A DNA stretch of 52,886 nt from the IMG/VR virus record IMGVR_UViG_3300025875_000037, positions 1-52,886 of that record; one strand, written 5' to 3'. The notes beneath the pieces were generated by a model, which was not told the DNA's origin, did not search any database, and saw only the letters and a list, made by a program, of their open reading frames with translations. Source of the DNA: a virus. Its lineage: Duplodnaviria > Caudoviricetes. This document shows positions 34,395 to 44,002 of this stretch, piece after piece. The translations under genes and the position numbers were made by a program. How positions within the stretch are numbered: position 1 is the stretch's first letter; every line of letters begins with the position of its first letter.

Positions 34395-36257
34395 GTGCGT
34401 CTCCGCGACCTACTCCACGACGCCTGGGCGCCGTTCTCCCACAAGGAAGCCTTCGCCCGCCCTGGCGGTGAAGTCCGCGACGGTGCCTCATGGGTCCAGC
34501 CGGAGAGCCGCAGGCGCCTGCTCGCATACCAGATGCTCAAGGCGTACGACGACAACGTGGCCCGCGCGTTCCTGTCCGGCGACGCCGACCAGGAGGACGA
34601 CCGGCGCGAGTACGGCGAGCCCGGCCTGATCGTCCGGCAGACCGTCAGTGCGGTCATGGGCGAGTCGCAAGCGATCACCGTGCAGGGAGCCAGCGACTAC
34701 GACCCGGACCTGCCTTCGGACGCGACACCGGACGAGCTGGCAGCGAACGCCGTGGCTGAGGCGGCGGTCGCGGAGCAGGACGCGCTGCGCGCCTGGGCCG
34801 ACCGTGAGCGCCTGCCGCTCAAGATGCTTGAGTGCGAACGCAACGCCTCGCTGCTCGGCGACGGCGTGTACCTGCTGGCATGGTCCGGTCGCAAGCAGCG
34901 CCCGACCTTGACTGTGGTGGACCCCGGCTTCTACTTCCCGGTGCTGCCGGAGGGCCTGGCGGACGATTACCCGGAGCGGGTGCACCTGGCCTGGGAGTTG
35001 CCGCCGCGCGAGCCTGGCGGGCCGCAGCGGCTGCGCCGGGTCACCTACGAACTCGGCCCGATCGAGCCCGCCCGCGACGCCACGCCGGACGACACCCGGG
35101 ACGGCAGGCTGCGCCGGCTGACACGCACCGTCGTGGACGCCGTGACGGGCAGCGCCAGTACGGTCCTGCTCGACGGCGACAGCTTCGACGCGGACGGCCG
35201 GATCGTCCGTCGCTACCCGTGGCAGCCGCTGGACGAGGACACGTCCGGCGTGACGTGCTATCTGACGGAGGCCGAGTGGGACCTGCACGACGTCGACCAC
35301 GCCGCGACCGTCGACACCCTGACGCCGGAGCGCGCCCGCTACCTGACGAACGGCGACGGGGAGTTGCTGGACCGGCTGGACCTGCGGATCGACTTCGTGC
35401 CAGTCGTCCACGTTCCGAACACGGTGCCGGGCAGCGAGCACTACGGACGGTCCTCGCTCGCTTCGGTCCTGCAACTGCTGGACGAGATCAGCAGCACCGA
35501 CACGGACGAGAGCGCGGCTAGCGCGACCACCGGCAGCCCGCCGATCATGCTGTCCGGTGCGGAAGCCCCCAAGGACGTCGACGGTCGCCCGGCTGTCCTG
35601 ACCGTCGCGCCGGGTGAGGTCTGGTTCACCGGGGTCGATGGCCGGATGGACCAGCTCGACACCAGCCCGAACCTCAAGGCGCTGGCAGAGCGGCAGGAGC
35701 GGCTCCTCAAGCGGCTGTCCGTCAACAGCCGCCTCCCCGACGCGGTTCTCGGCAGGGAACGCAACAGCGGGCAGGCGCAGGAGTCCGGCTACCACCTGCT
35801 GTTGTCGTTCGGCCCGCTCAAGGCGCTCGTCGCGGAGGCGCGGCTGGCCCGGCAGGAGAAGTATCCGCTGCTCCTCAAGTTCGCTCAGCGGCTCTACCTG
35901 GCCGGTAAGGGCAAGCCCGCGGGCAGTGTCCCGCCGCGGGCCGAGCTGGAGTTCGGCGCGTTCCTGCCGACCGACGTGGACGCCGAGATCGCCCGCCTGC
36001 TCGGGCTGTACGGCGCGCAGGCCCTCAGCCTGGAGACGCTGCTGGCCGAGTTGCAGGGGCTGGGCGTCCCGATCCCGGACGTCGGCGCGGAGGTTGGACG
36101 CATCCAGTCGCGGCAGTTCGAGCAGGCCAACGCGCTCGCGGACGCGACCGGCGACACGGCGCTCGTGCGCGACTTCCTGGGGCTGCCTGCCGCCGTTCCG
36201 CTGCCCCTGACGGCGCCGGCTGGCGCGAGCACGGTGCCGACAGAGGAGGACGCGTGA
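34395..36257 (+). CDS. portal protein
   Basis: 620 aa between TerL and scaffold; 'LLGDGVYLLAW', 'PVVHVPN...YGRSSL'. Confidence 0.8.
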   Translation: MRLRDLLHDAWAPFSHKEAFARPGGEVRDGASWVQPESRRRLLAYQMLKAYDDNVARAFLSGDADQEDDRREYGEPGLIVRQTVSAVMGESQAITVQGASDYDPDLPSDATPDELAANAVAEAAVAEQDALRAWADRERLPLKMLECERNASLLGDGVYLLAWSGRKQRPTLTVVDPGFYFPVLPEGLADDYPERVHLAWELPPREPGGPQRLRRVTYELGPIEPARDATPDDTRDGRLRRLTRTVVDAVTGSASTVLLDGDSFDADGRIVRRYPWQPLDEDTSGVTCYLTEAEWDLHDVDHAATVDTLTPERARYLTNGDGELLDRLDLRIDFVPVVHVPNTVPGSEHYGRSSLASVLQLLDEISSTDTDESAASATTGSPPIMLSGAEAPKDVDGRPAVLTVAPGEVWFTGVDGRMDQLDTSPNLKALAERQERLLKRLSVNSRLPDAVLGRERNSGQAQESGYHLLLSFGPLKALVAEARLARQEKYPLLLKFAQRLYLAGKGKPAGSVPPRAELEFGAFLPTDVDAEIARLLGLYGAQALSLETLLAELQGLGVPIPDVGAEVGRIQSRQFEQANALADATGDTALVRDFLGLPAAVPLPLTAPAGASTVPTEEDA

Positions 36258-36430
36258 GCACCGTTCACGTGGTTCCGGTGAACGACCTCATCGACCACGA
36301 CAGCGACGGCGGGGACTGCCCGTGCGGACCGACGACCGAGCCCGTGCCGTCCGACGACGGCCCGATGGGGTGGCTTGTCGTACACCACAGTCTCGACGGG
36401 CGCGAGCAACGCGAGGTGGAGGACGCATGA
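36254..36430 (+). CDS. hypothetical protein
   Basis: read manually: 'HVVPVNDLIDH...CPCGP...VHHSLDGRE'. Confidence 0.6.
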   Translation: MSTVHVVPVNDLIDHDSDGGDCPCGPTTEPVPSDDGPMGWLVVHHSLDGREQREVEDA

Positions 36431-36690
36431 GCGAGGCGCGACAGGCGGCAGAGAAGGCGGTCGAGGCAGTTCTGGAGCAACTGCGCGCGGTCAGCCGCAC
36501 GGAGGAGCCCGACCCTGACGACCCGGAGGACGAACTGCTGACGGCGTGGGTGCTCGTCGCCAGCCGTGTGAGCTACGACGACGACGGCGACCCCAACACG
36601 GGCCTGACGATCTACATGCCGGAGATGATGCCGGAGTGGCAGACGGCGGGCCTGCTGCGGGCCGGGCAGGTTCTGGTCGAGCAGGGATGA
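36427..36690 (+). CDS. hypothetical protein
   Basis: overlap-coupled ORF. Confidence 0.6.
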   Translation: MSEARQAAEKAVEAVLEQLRAVSRTEEPDPDDPEDELLTAWVLVASRVSYDDDGDPNTGLTIYMPEMMPEWQTAGLLRAGQVLVEQG

Positions 36691-36881
36691 GCGCCCCCTA
36701 CGACGACCCGTCCGCCCCGTACGACGGCAGCATGACCTACGACGGGCAGATGGCCCGACTGGCGGACGCGGAGCGGTTCGTCGTCGCCATGCTGGCGGCG
36801 TACCGGCGTGGCGGTCCGATCACCCGGGCGCAGGTACGGGAGGCGCTGGTGGCGGCACGGCAGCCGGACCCTGCGGCATGA
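36687..36881 (+). CDS. hypothetical protein with YD repeats
   Basis: 'PYDDPSAPYDGSMTYDG'. Confidence 0.5.
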   Translation: MSAPYDDPSAPYDGSMTYDGQMARLADAERFVVAMLAAYRRGGPITRAQVREALVAARQPDPAA

Positions 36882-37201
36882 GAGATCAGGCGTCGGCCGA
36901 CCTGCTCGCGGACTGGCGAGCACGCCGCGAGCAGGAGCCCCGTCTCGGGTGCTCACTGTCGGCGCACCGCGACCTCGGCTACTGCTCCGGCTGCCCGCCG
37001 ACGCCTGAGCGGCACGAGGCAGGGGAGCGACGGCTCGGCGCAGCCTACGAACTGGCGGGCTGGCGCCTGCTGGCGATGGCTGAGCGAGGTGTGCCTGACC
37101 AGCCCCGTACGATCATCCACGGACCCGCTCTGCCGGGAAGCGCACCCGCCGCCTCGCGGGACGAAGGAGCCGCCCATGAAGCCGGAGCGGACCTTCTCTG
37201 A
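36878..37201 (+). CDS. hypothetical protein
   Basis: ATGA overlap. Confidence 0.45.
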   Translation: MRDQASADLLADWRARREQEPRLGCSLSAHRDLGYCSGCPPTPERHEAGERRLGAAYELAGWRLLAMAERGVPDQPRTIIHGPALPGSAPAASRDEGAAHEAGADLL

Positions 37202-37427
37202 GGAGGAAGTGGCGGCCATCAAGACACGAGAGCGCCGGGCGGGTGAGCGGGCCGGCCGTCGGGCGGTTGCTGCGCAGCTCGGCATCCCGCCGGAACGGTT
37301 TGATCCGGCAGCCGTGCGGGCGTTGCTGCGCAAGGCCGGATATGGCCGACCCGTACCATCCAGACGGAATCGACCCGGCGTGCCGGGAAGCGCACCCGCC
37401 GCTCAGCGGGACCGAGGAGACAGATGA
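37176..37427 (+). CDS. truncated paralog of the scaffold N-terminal domain
   Basis: AAGGAG RBS; aligns by eye with scaffold residues ~35-85. Confidence 0.6.
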   Translation: MKPERTFSEEEVAAIKTRERRAGERAGRRAVAAQLGIPPERFDPAAVRALLRKAGYGRPVPSRRNRPGVPGSAPAAQRDRGDR

Positions 37428-38083
37428 CCACCCCGACGCCTTCCGCGACCCCCGCTCCGACCGACGTACCGACCGGCACCGCGACGACCACGCAGACGAC
37501 CGTGGCGACAGGTGCGCCGACCGTCGAACCGACCTACACGCAGGCCGACCTCAACGCAATCGGGGCACGCGAGAAGGGGCTGGGGGACAGGGACGGGCGG
37601 CGCGCTGTCCTGGAGTCCCTCGGACTCAACCCCGATCAGTTCGACGCCGCCGCCGTCAGGGCCGCGCTCGACGCCGCGCGGGCGGCCGAGACGGCGAACC
37701 TGTCCGACAGCGAGCGGGCGAAGCGCGAGGCCGAGGCCGACCGACAGGCCGCCGCGACCGCGAAGGCCGAGGCCGCCGCAGACCGGCTGGACGCCCGCAA
37801 GGAGCGCCTGCTGACCGCCGCTGGCGTCGCCCCCGGAGCGATGTTCGTGGCCCTCGGAGGGCTGCCCCTGACCGCCGAGGATGACGACACGGCGGCACAG
37901 GGTAAGGTGGAGGCACTCAAGCAGGCCGCACCTGGTCTGTTCGGGGCTAGCACGACGACGGGGACGCCTCTCGCGCCCTCTGGTGGACCGACCGGGACCC
38001 CGCCCAGGCCAACGCCGACCGGGGACGCGTTCACGCGAGGCCAGGAGCGAGCGAAGCGGCTCGCGGGCAACGCCGGGACGTGA
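37424..38083 (+). CDS. capsid scaffolding protein
   Basis: 'TYTQADLNAI', 'LSDSERAK', 'PGLFG'; precedes decoration and major capsid genes. Confidence 0.8.
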   Translation: MTTPTPSATPAPTDVPTGTATTTQTTVATGAPTVEPTYTQADLNAIGAREKGLGDRDGRRAVLESLGLNPDQFDAAAVRAALDAARAAETANLSDSERAKREAEADRQAAATAKAEAAADRLDARKERLLTAAGVAPGAMFVALGGLPLTAEDDDTAAQGKVEALKQAAPGLFGASTTTGTPLAPSGGPTGTPPRPTPTGDAFTRGQERAKRLAGNAGT

Positions 38084-38114
38084 TCCACCCGACCGCTTCA
38101 CTGGGGAGTCCCGC

Positions 38115-38498
38115 ATGGGCTACGACCTTCAGCGCGTCGAGACGTCGTTCCTGAACAAGGACAACCATGACGCGCTCGGCTCCGCTCACGGCACCGACTG
38201 CACGGACAGCATCACGTGCGACGCCGCCGCGTTCCTGACCGCCTTCCCCGACGGGGAGGTGCCCGCGATGGTGCACATCGGCAAGGACACGGCAACCGGC
38301 CTGTTCCGGCCGTTCCTCGCTGCCAACGCCACCGACAGCGACCGGGGCTTCCTGTTCCACGGCATCAAGGTCCGCGCCGGGGTCAACGAGGTCGCCGCGC
38401 TGCTCTGGCACGGCGAGGTCATCGCCGCCCGCGTCCCGCTGGGCGTCGGGCAGGTCGCGCCTGTCCAGGCGTCGGTCCCCTTCATCCGGCTCGTCTGA
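38115..38498 (+). CDS. head decoration protein
   Basis: between scaffold and major capsid; 'GFLF...ALLWHGEV'. Confidence 0.7.
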   Translation: MGYDLQRVETSFLNKDNHDALGSAHGTDCTDSITCDAAAFLTAFPDGEVPAMVHIGKDTATGLFRPFLAANATDSDRGFLFHGIKVRAGVNEVAALLWHGEVIAARVPLGVGQVAPVQASVPFIRLV

Positions 38499-38510
38499 GA
38501 GGGCTGAGAC

Positions 38511-39542
38511 ATGCTGATCTACGACCTCGCAGACCCGACCGAGCTGGCAGGGTTCGTCCGCAACGTCCCGCTGCCGCAGTTCGACCTCATCAACACGGTG
38601 ATGCCAGGCGAGAACATCGATGACATCGACTACCGCTTCACCCGCGGTGACCTGGTGGACATGGACGTCGCCACGTTCCGGGCGTTCGACGCCGAGGCGC
38701 CGATCGGTACCCGTCCCGGCTTGGCGCGCGTCTCCGGTGAGCTGCCGCCGATCAGCAAGAAGATGCGACTGGGCGAGGAGCAGCGGCTGCGGCTGCGGCA
38801 GCTCCAGCGTTCCGAGGGGAACGTCGCGGGCATCGCGGACCAGATCTTCGATGACGCCGGGCGCCTCGCGGTGTCCGTCGCCGGCCGCCTGGAGCTGGCC
38901 GCCGGCCAGTCCCTCGACACAGGCGTTCTCACGATCAACGAGAACGGCGTCCTGGCGCAGATCGACTACGGCTTCACCGCCGAGCAGAAGCCGGTCCTGA
39001 CGGGCGGCGACCTGTTCTCCGACCCCGGCGCCGACGTGCTCGGGTCGCTGGCGCTGTTCGTGGAGCAGTGGACCGCGCGCAACGGCGGCGAGGTTCCCGG
39101 CTACTTCCTGACCTCCAAGCGGGTCCGCAACTCGATGGTCCGCAACACGGTCCTGCGCAACTACGTCTTCGGCGGCACGACCAACAGCGGCGCGATGCCG
39201 ATGCCGGTCAGCCGCCTCAACGACGTGCTCGGGGACTTCGACCTCCCGCCCGTGCGGACCTACGACACGGTGCTGCCGGTCGGTGGCACCTCCACCCGCC
39301 CGATCCGCGACGACCGGCTGATCGTCATGCCGGCCGCGGCAGTCGGCTCCACCTTCTACGGCGTTACCGCCGAGGCGCTGGAGCTGGTCGACGCCCGTCA
39401 GATCCGGGCGGACCTCGCCCCGGGCATGGTGGCCGTCAACTACAAGACGTTCGACTCGGTTGCAACCTGGACCAAGGTCGCGGCCATCGCCACGCCGATC
39501 ATCAAGAACCCGTCCCGCGTGACCTCTGCGAAGGTGCTCTGA
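38511..39542 (+). CDS. major capsid protein (lambda E-like)
   Basis: 343 aa; 'FRAFDAEAPIG...GELPPISKKMRLGE'; strong codon bias. Confidence 0.88.
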   Translation: MLIYDLADPTELAGFVRNVPLPQFDLINTVMPGENIDDIDYRFTRGDLVDMDVATFRAFDAEAPIGTRPGLARVSGELPPISKKMRLGEEQRLRLRQLQRSEGNVAGIADQIFDDAGRLAVSVAGRLELAAGQSLDTGVLTINENGVLAQIDYGFTAEQKPVLTGGDLFSDPGADVLGSLALFVEQWTARNGGEVPGYFLTSKRVRNSMVRNTVLRNYVFGGTTNSGAMPMPVSRLNDVLGDFDLPPVRTYDTVLPVGGTSTRPIRDDRLIVMPAAAVGSTFYGVTAEALELVDARQIRADLAPGMVAVNYKTFDSVATWTKVAAIATPIIKNPSRVTSAKVL

Positions 39543-39543
39543 C

Positions 39544-39714
39544 ATGGCTGAGCCGACGAAGACCCCCGCCGTCCATCCCAAGGGCGTCCCGGTGCCCGGC
39601 TTCGGGCAGTTCCCGCAGGAGGCCCCGCGCGACGAGCACGGGCGTTCCACGGCCAGCGGCCCGCCGCAGACCGCCGACGAGGCGCTCGCGGTCGACAAGC
39701 TCGCCAGCAAGTAG
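39544..39714 (+). CDS. small protein following the major capsid gene
   Basis: read manually, 56 aa; 'PRDEHGR' motif. Confidence 0.55.
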   Translation: MAEPTKTPAVHPKGVPVPGFGQFPQEAPRDEHGRSTASGPPQTADEALAVDKLASK

Positions 39715-39720
39715 GCCCGG

Positions 39721-39751
39721 GGCGGGCCACCCTCACGTGGGGTGGCCCGCC
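39721..39751 (+). terminator. terminator hairpin after the capsid operon
   Basis: GGCGGGCCACCC...GGGTGGCCCGCC. Confidence 0.75.
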
Positions 39752-39778
39752 TTCCTGCACGCGCTCTGAGAGGCCCCG

Positions 39779-41629
39779 ATGTCCGTCTACCCCGCCGACC
39801 TGGACCAGCTCAGCAACCCGTCCGCGACGGACGTGCAGGGCGACGGCGCGATCCCGCACAGCGCGCAGCACAGCTTGGCGAACGACGCGATTGAGGCTAC
39901 GCAGGCGACACTCGGACGCAACCCGCAGGGCGACTTCCCGTCTGTTGCCGAGCGGCTGGCAGCGGCGGAGGAGAAGGGCAGCGCCGATCTCGATGAGGTC
40001 GGCGACACGCACGAGATGCTCGCCCTCACCGACATCCAGCGCGGGCACCAGGCCGTCGTCGGGGATCCGTCCGCGCCCGACCGGGCGGTCTACATCTTCA
40101 TGGGCGGGGACCCGACCGACCCGCTGCGCTGGAACGCGCTCAGCATGGACATGGAGGCCCTCGACGGGCGGTTCGGTCCGCAGCGACGGTGGGAGGGCGA
40201 CGCATGGTCGGAGGCCCCCGCGTCCGGTGTGCCGACTCTGGCGACGTCGCTGTCAGACCCGAACGCCCCCGCCCCGCCCTCGGCTGGTGCCGGGTCGATC
40301 TGGCTGCGGCTGGTCGACGCGGCGGACGGCTACCCGAAGGTGGACGACGCGCCCCGCGCTGCCCCTGCCATCCCGGCGTCGATCTCTGTGACGGCAGGGA
40401 ACGCGTCCGCGACTGTCACGTGGACCGCGCCCGCGTCCGCCGGCACGAGCCCCGTGACGGGCTACCAGGCCCGCATCCTGCGGGACGGGCAGGTGGTCGC
40501 GTCGCGGGCGTTCGGCGCCGACGTGCTGACGTGGAACGTGTCCGGGCTGATCAACGGCACGGCGCAGACCGCTGACGTGCAGGCGGTCAACGCGGTCGGG
40601 ATGGGTCCGCGCCGGACCAGCGACCCGTTCACCCCCGCTGGTGACACGGTGGTGTCCGGGACGAAGTGGGGTGCGTCCGCCCCGACCGTCGCCAAGCTGT
40701 TGACTCTGCGTGACAACCTCAAGGCGAATGTCCCGACGACGGACAACCCGCTGCTGGCCCGGCACTCGTTCGACAGCGACGCGACGTTCCCCGCCACGTA
40801 CGCGGCGCTGGGCAGCGCGAGCGACCCGGCCAACGGCTTCACCCGCTCGCTGAACAACGTCCGCCTGACCGAGTGGGGTGTGTGGGCGGCCGAGTACGAC
40901 GAGTGGAAGGCCGCCGGGTTCGCCAGCGGGGCACTTCCGACCGGCGGCAAGCTCGCCCGCGCCAGGGGACTCGTGCAGTCCATCGCCACCAACCTGCCCG
41001 CCAGCATGGACGTGTTCGAATTGGCGTGCGGTCATGAGCCTGAGAACGACACCGCCGGCAACACCGGCATGGGCGTCGCCGGGTGCAAGGAGCCCGCCCG
41101 GGTTGCGTGGGGGAAGGCGCAGCGCGCCTGGGCGAAGATCGTTGCCCGATGGGGCGGCGGTCGTGTCGTCTACGTGCCGATCCTCATGGGCGCGACGCAC
41201 CGCGGCTGGCCGTACCCGGACGGCACCAAGCGCAGCCCGGAGCACTGGGACTACTGGACGGACCTGACGGCCGCCGAGAAGGCCGTCGTCTGCCCTGGCA
41301 TCGACATCTACAACTGGGGCGCAGGCGGGCCGGGGAGTGTCATCGCCAGCGTGCAGGCGTTCTACGTCGGCAAGGGGTTCTCGCCCCGCAACCTGATCGT
41401 CGCGGAGTGCGCCAGCGACGGCGGGATCAGCGACGCGACCCGCGCCCGGCAGATCGGCGACCCGGCGTTCACCGGCTCACTGCGGTACGCGGCCGAGCGG
41501 TACGGCGTCCGGTCGATCTACTGGTTCCACTCGGACGTCAACTACGTGCCGCCCAACACCGGCGAGCTTGTCGGCCCGCTGTCCTTCCGGTCCTTCGGGC
41601 GCGCCGCGCTCGCCCTGCCCTACGTCTAG
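39779..41629 (+). CDS. virion protein with an FN3 domain and a putative glycoside-hydrolase (GH-A/GH26-like) barrel
   Basis: FN3 'TVTWTAP...PVTGY...VSGLING...VQAVNAVG'; 'GHEPEND', 'GIDIYNW', 'IVAECAS'. Confidence 0.65.
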   Translation: MSVYPADLDQLSNPSATDVQGDGAIPHSAQHSLANDAIEATQATLGRNPQGDFPSVAERLAAAEEKGSADLDEVGDTHEMLALTDIQRGHQAVVGDPSAPDRAVYIFMGGDPTDPLRWNALSMDMEALDGRFGPQRRWEGDAWSEAPASGVPTLATSLSDPNAPAPPSAGAGSIWLRLVDAADGYPKVDDAPRAAPAIPASISVTAGNASATVTWTAPASAGTSPVTGYQARILRDGQVVASRAFGADVLTWNVSGLINGTAQTADVQAVNAVGMGPRRTSDPFTPAGDTVVSGTKWGASAPTVAKLLTLRDNLKANVPTTDNPLLARHSFDSDATFPATYAALGSASDPANGFTRSLNNVRLTEWGVWAAEYDEWKAAGFASGALPTGGKLARARGLVQSIATNLPASMDVFELACGHEPENDTAGNTGMGVAGCKEPARVAWGKAQRAWAKIVARWGGGRVVYVPILMGATHRGWPYPDGTKRSPEHWDYWTDLTAAEKAVVCPGIDIYNWGAGGPGSVIASVQAFYVGKGFSPRNLIVAECASDGGISDATRARQIGDPAFTGSLRYAAERYGVRSIYWFHSDVNYVPPNTGELVGPLSFRSFGRAALALPYV

Positions 41630-41638
41630 GAGGACCGC

Positions 41639-42664
41639 ATGGCCGCCATTGTCGTCGCAGGCACCGCTCAACTCGCTACCGCCAACACCGGTAGGCTCAG
41701 CGTCCCGCTGCCGGACGGGGCCGCTGCCGGGGATCTGCTGCTGCTCGCTGACGGCCTCAACGACAGCATCGTCCCGACGTTCACCGAGCCGACGAGCCCG
41801 ACGATCGTGCAGGCCGGGACGTTCGGCGCCAGCGGGGCTGCGGCCGATGTCTACGGCGGGGTGCACCGGGCGCTGCTGAGCGCCCCGGACATCGGCAACG
41901 GCGACATCGCGTTCAACACGACTGCCAACAGCGCAATCGCCCGGCTCGTCGTCGGCGCGGTGCTGTACCGCGGCCACGACCCGATCACGCCGATCGCGGG
42001 AAGCGTCACGTCGACCGAGACGGTCACAACGGACACGCACACCACCCCAGATCTGGTGCTGCCCGCCGGGACGTACGACGGGCGCACCGTCCGGCTGGTG
42101 CATGCGGTCATCGAGAAGTCTTCCGCGGCTGACACGTGGGTGCTGCCTGCCGGGGTGAGCCGGCGTGCCGCCGCCTACTCGCTCAACGCCGGGGGCTGCT
42201 CGGTGATCGTCGCCGACACCACCGACGTGCTCATCCCAGCCGGCGCGACCGCCGCGCAGCGGACGTTCGCCGGGAAGGCGTTCCGGACCACCAAGTCCGG
42301 GGCGGCTGTCACAACCGGCAAGGCCCGCATGGTGCAGCTCGCGCTGCTCGCCGCGTCCGACCAGGGCGGTATCTCCCCGAACACCGCCGCCGCGTACGCC
42401 GGGACCCGCATCGAGCTGATCGCGGTCGGGCACCTCGACCCGTCGTTCACCTACCTGTGGGAGCAGACGGAGGGCGATCCGGCGACGATCGTCAACCCGA
42501 CGTCGGCGAGCGCCTACTACCTGCGCCCGTACCGGCTCCGGAGGCGGCAGGTGTTCCGCCTGACGATCACCGGCAACGGCAACAGCCGGTCCACGACCGT
42601 GACTGTCCGTGGCAACCGGGAGATCGAAGCACTGGTCGAGGACAGCAACGGCGTCTACTCGTGA
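41639..42664 (+). CDS. beta-rich virion structural protein with a C-terminal Ig/PKD-like domain
   Basis: 'VPLPDGAAAGDLLLL'; 'TYLWEQTEG...FRLTIT'. Confidence 0.55.
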   Translation: MAAIVVAGTAQLATANTGRLSVPLPDGAAAGDLLLLADGLNDSIVPTFTEPTSPTIVQAGTFGASGAAADVYGGVHRALLSAPDIGNGDIAFNTTANSAIARLVVGAVLYRGHDPITPIAGSVTSTETVTTDTHTTPDLVLPAGTYDGRTVRLVHAVIEKSSAADTWVLPAGVSRRAAAYSLNAGGCSVIVADTTDVLIPAGATAAQRTFAGKAFRTTKSGAAVTTGKARMVQLALLAASDQGGISPNTAAAYAGTRIELIAVGHLDPSFTYLWEQTEGDPATIVNPTSASAYYLRPYRLRRRQVFRLTITGNGNSRSTTVTVRGNREIEALVEDSNGVYS

Positions 42665-42671
42665 CCGGGCC

Positions 42672-42842
42672 GTGAACGGTCTGAGCCGGCAGCTCCTGGA
42701 CAGCATCGCCTACCTCGTCGGCACGCTGCTCGTCGTCTACGGCTGCGTGATCCCCGGCCGTGAGGTAGCCATCGGCGGTGGCATGTCCCTCATCGCGGGA
42801 ACCGTCGGGGCGAAGGCTTTGTCCCGCAAGGAGGACTCGTGA
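42672..42842 (+). CDS. small membrane protein
   Basis: two hydrophobic segments. Confidence 0.55.
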   Translation: MNGLSRQLLDSIAYLVGTLLVVYGCVIPGREVAIGGGMSLIAGTVGAKALSRKEDS

Positions 42843-43126
42843 TCTCTGACATCGCCCGCATCGTCGTGTTCGTCGGCGCGGCTGTCGTCATCGGTCAGTG
42901 CCTGCCGTGGGCGCTTAGCCGGACCGTCCCGTGGGTCCGCGCTTCGCACGTCCAGAGAGGCGGAGCGATCATGGCCGGTGGCGTTGCGTGGCTGGCGGCG
43001 TCGGTTCTGGTGGCCGCGTGGGAGCAGCGCGGGCAGGAGGTCACCCTGTCGCTGGTGTTCGCCCTGATCGGCGTCCTGGCGTGCGTGTGGGGCCTTGTCG
43101 TGCTCAAGCGGAGCGACCGTGCCTGA
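42839..43126 (+). CDS. membrane protein (3 TM)
   Basis: hydrophobicity pattern; GGAGG RBS. Confidence 0.6.
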   Translation: MISDIARIVVFVGAAVVIGQCLPWALSRTVPWVRASHVQRGGAIMAGGVAWLAASVLVAAWEQRGQEVTLSLVFALIGVLACVWGLVVLKRSDRA

Positions 43127-43655
43127 CGGGGAGCAGTGGCAGGCGGACAGCTCGGACCGGGCGGACAGGTCTGAGGCGCGTGCTCGCGAGGAGCACTCGT
43201 TCAACCTGGAGGAGTTCGGAGGCCTGCGGGACACCATCGGTCATCAGGCGACGATCACCGCCAACCAGCACAAGGGTTTGGACAAGCGGCTGCGAGGACT
43301 GACGCTCGGCGGCGCACTCGGGTTGGCGCTCGCCGGGCTGGTGCTGACGACAGCTCTGGTGGCCGCCAGGAACGCGGACGAGTCGGCCGAGCGGGCGGAC
43401 CGTGCGTCGGCGTGCAACACGCTGCTGCTCGGCTCTGTCGCCGCTCAGCAGATTGACCCGCGCGCTGTCGACTTCGGCTGCGACACGGCTGTGGCGGACG
43501 AGTTGATCGCCAGGGGCCTCAAGCGCGACGCTGCGCTAGCGGACTCGCAGCGCGAGACGGCCCGCCGGACATGCGCGTTCGTCGCGTTGATCCCGGTGCC
43601 GCCCGCTGACCCTGACGTGCTGGCGTTCCGTGACCGGCTCGGCTGCGACCGGTGA
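43119..43655 (+). CDS. single-TM protein with a Cys-containing C-terminal domain
   Basis: hydrophobic 'LTLGGALGLALAGLVLTTALVAA'. Confidence 0.6.
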   Translation: MPDGEQWQADSSDRADRSEARAREEHSFNLEEFGGLRDTIGHQATITANQHKGLDKRLRGLTLGGALGLALAGLVLTTALVAARNADESAERADRASACNTLLLGSVAAQQIDPRAVDFGCDTAVADELIARGLKRDAALADSQRETARRTCAFVALIPVPPADPDVLAFRDRLGCDR

Positions 43656-43969
43656 GTGCTGTTGTCGCCGTGGCGGACGTGGTGCGCATCGGCTGCATCA
43701 TCGGGTCGGCGTTCCTGATCGGCGCCGTCGCTGTCATCGTCGCCGCCCACCCCGGACCGCGGATGACCCGTTGGCAGCGGTCGCGTTTCGCCGCATACGT
43801 GTTCGTCTCCCTGTCGGTCGCGGGCACTGAGTACGAACGACTGCACGACTCGGTGACGTGGTGGCGGCTGCCCCTCAACGTAGCGTTCCTGGCAACCGCC
43901 CTGTACGGCACGTGGGGCATCCGGCAGGGCCGCGACCGGCTGCCCGACCAGCCTCCCGCTGTACCTTGA
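43652..43969 (+). CDS. membrane protein (3 TM)
   Basis: hydrophobicity pattern. Confidence 0.6.
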   Translation: MSAVVAVADVVRIGCIIGSAFLIGAVAVIVAAHPGPRMTRWQRSRFAAYVFVSLSVAGTEYERLHDSVTWWRLPLNVAFLATALYGTWGIRQGRDRLPDQPPAVP

Positions 43970-44002
43970 TCGTGTCTGTCGTCCTGAGAGGAGTCTGACC
44001 CC

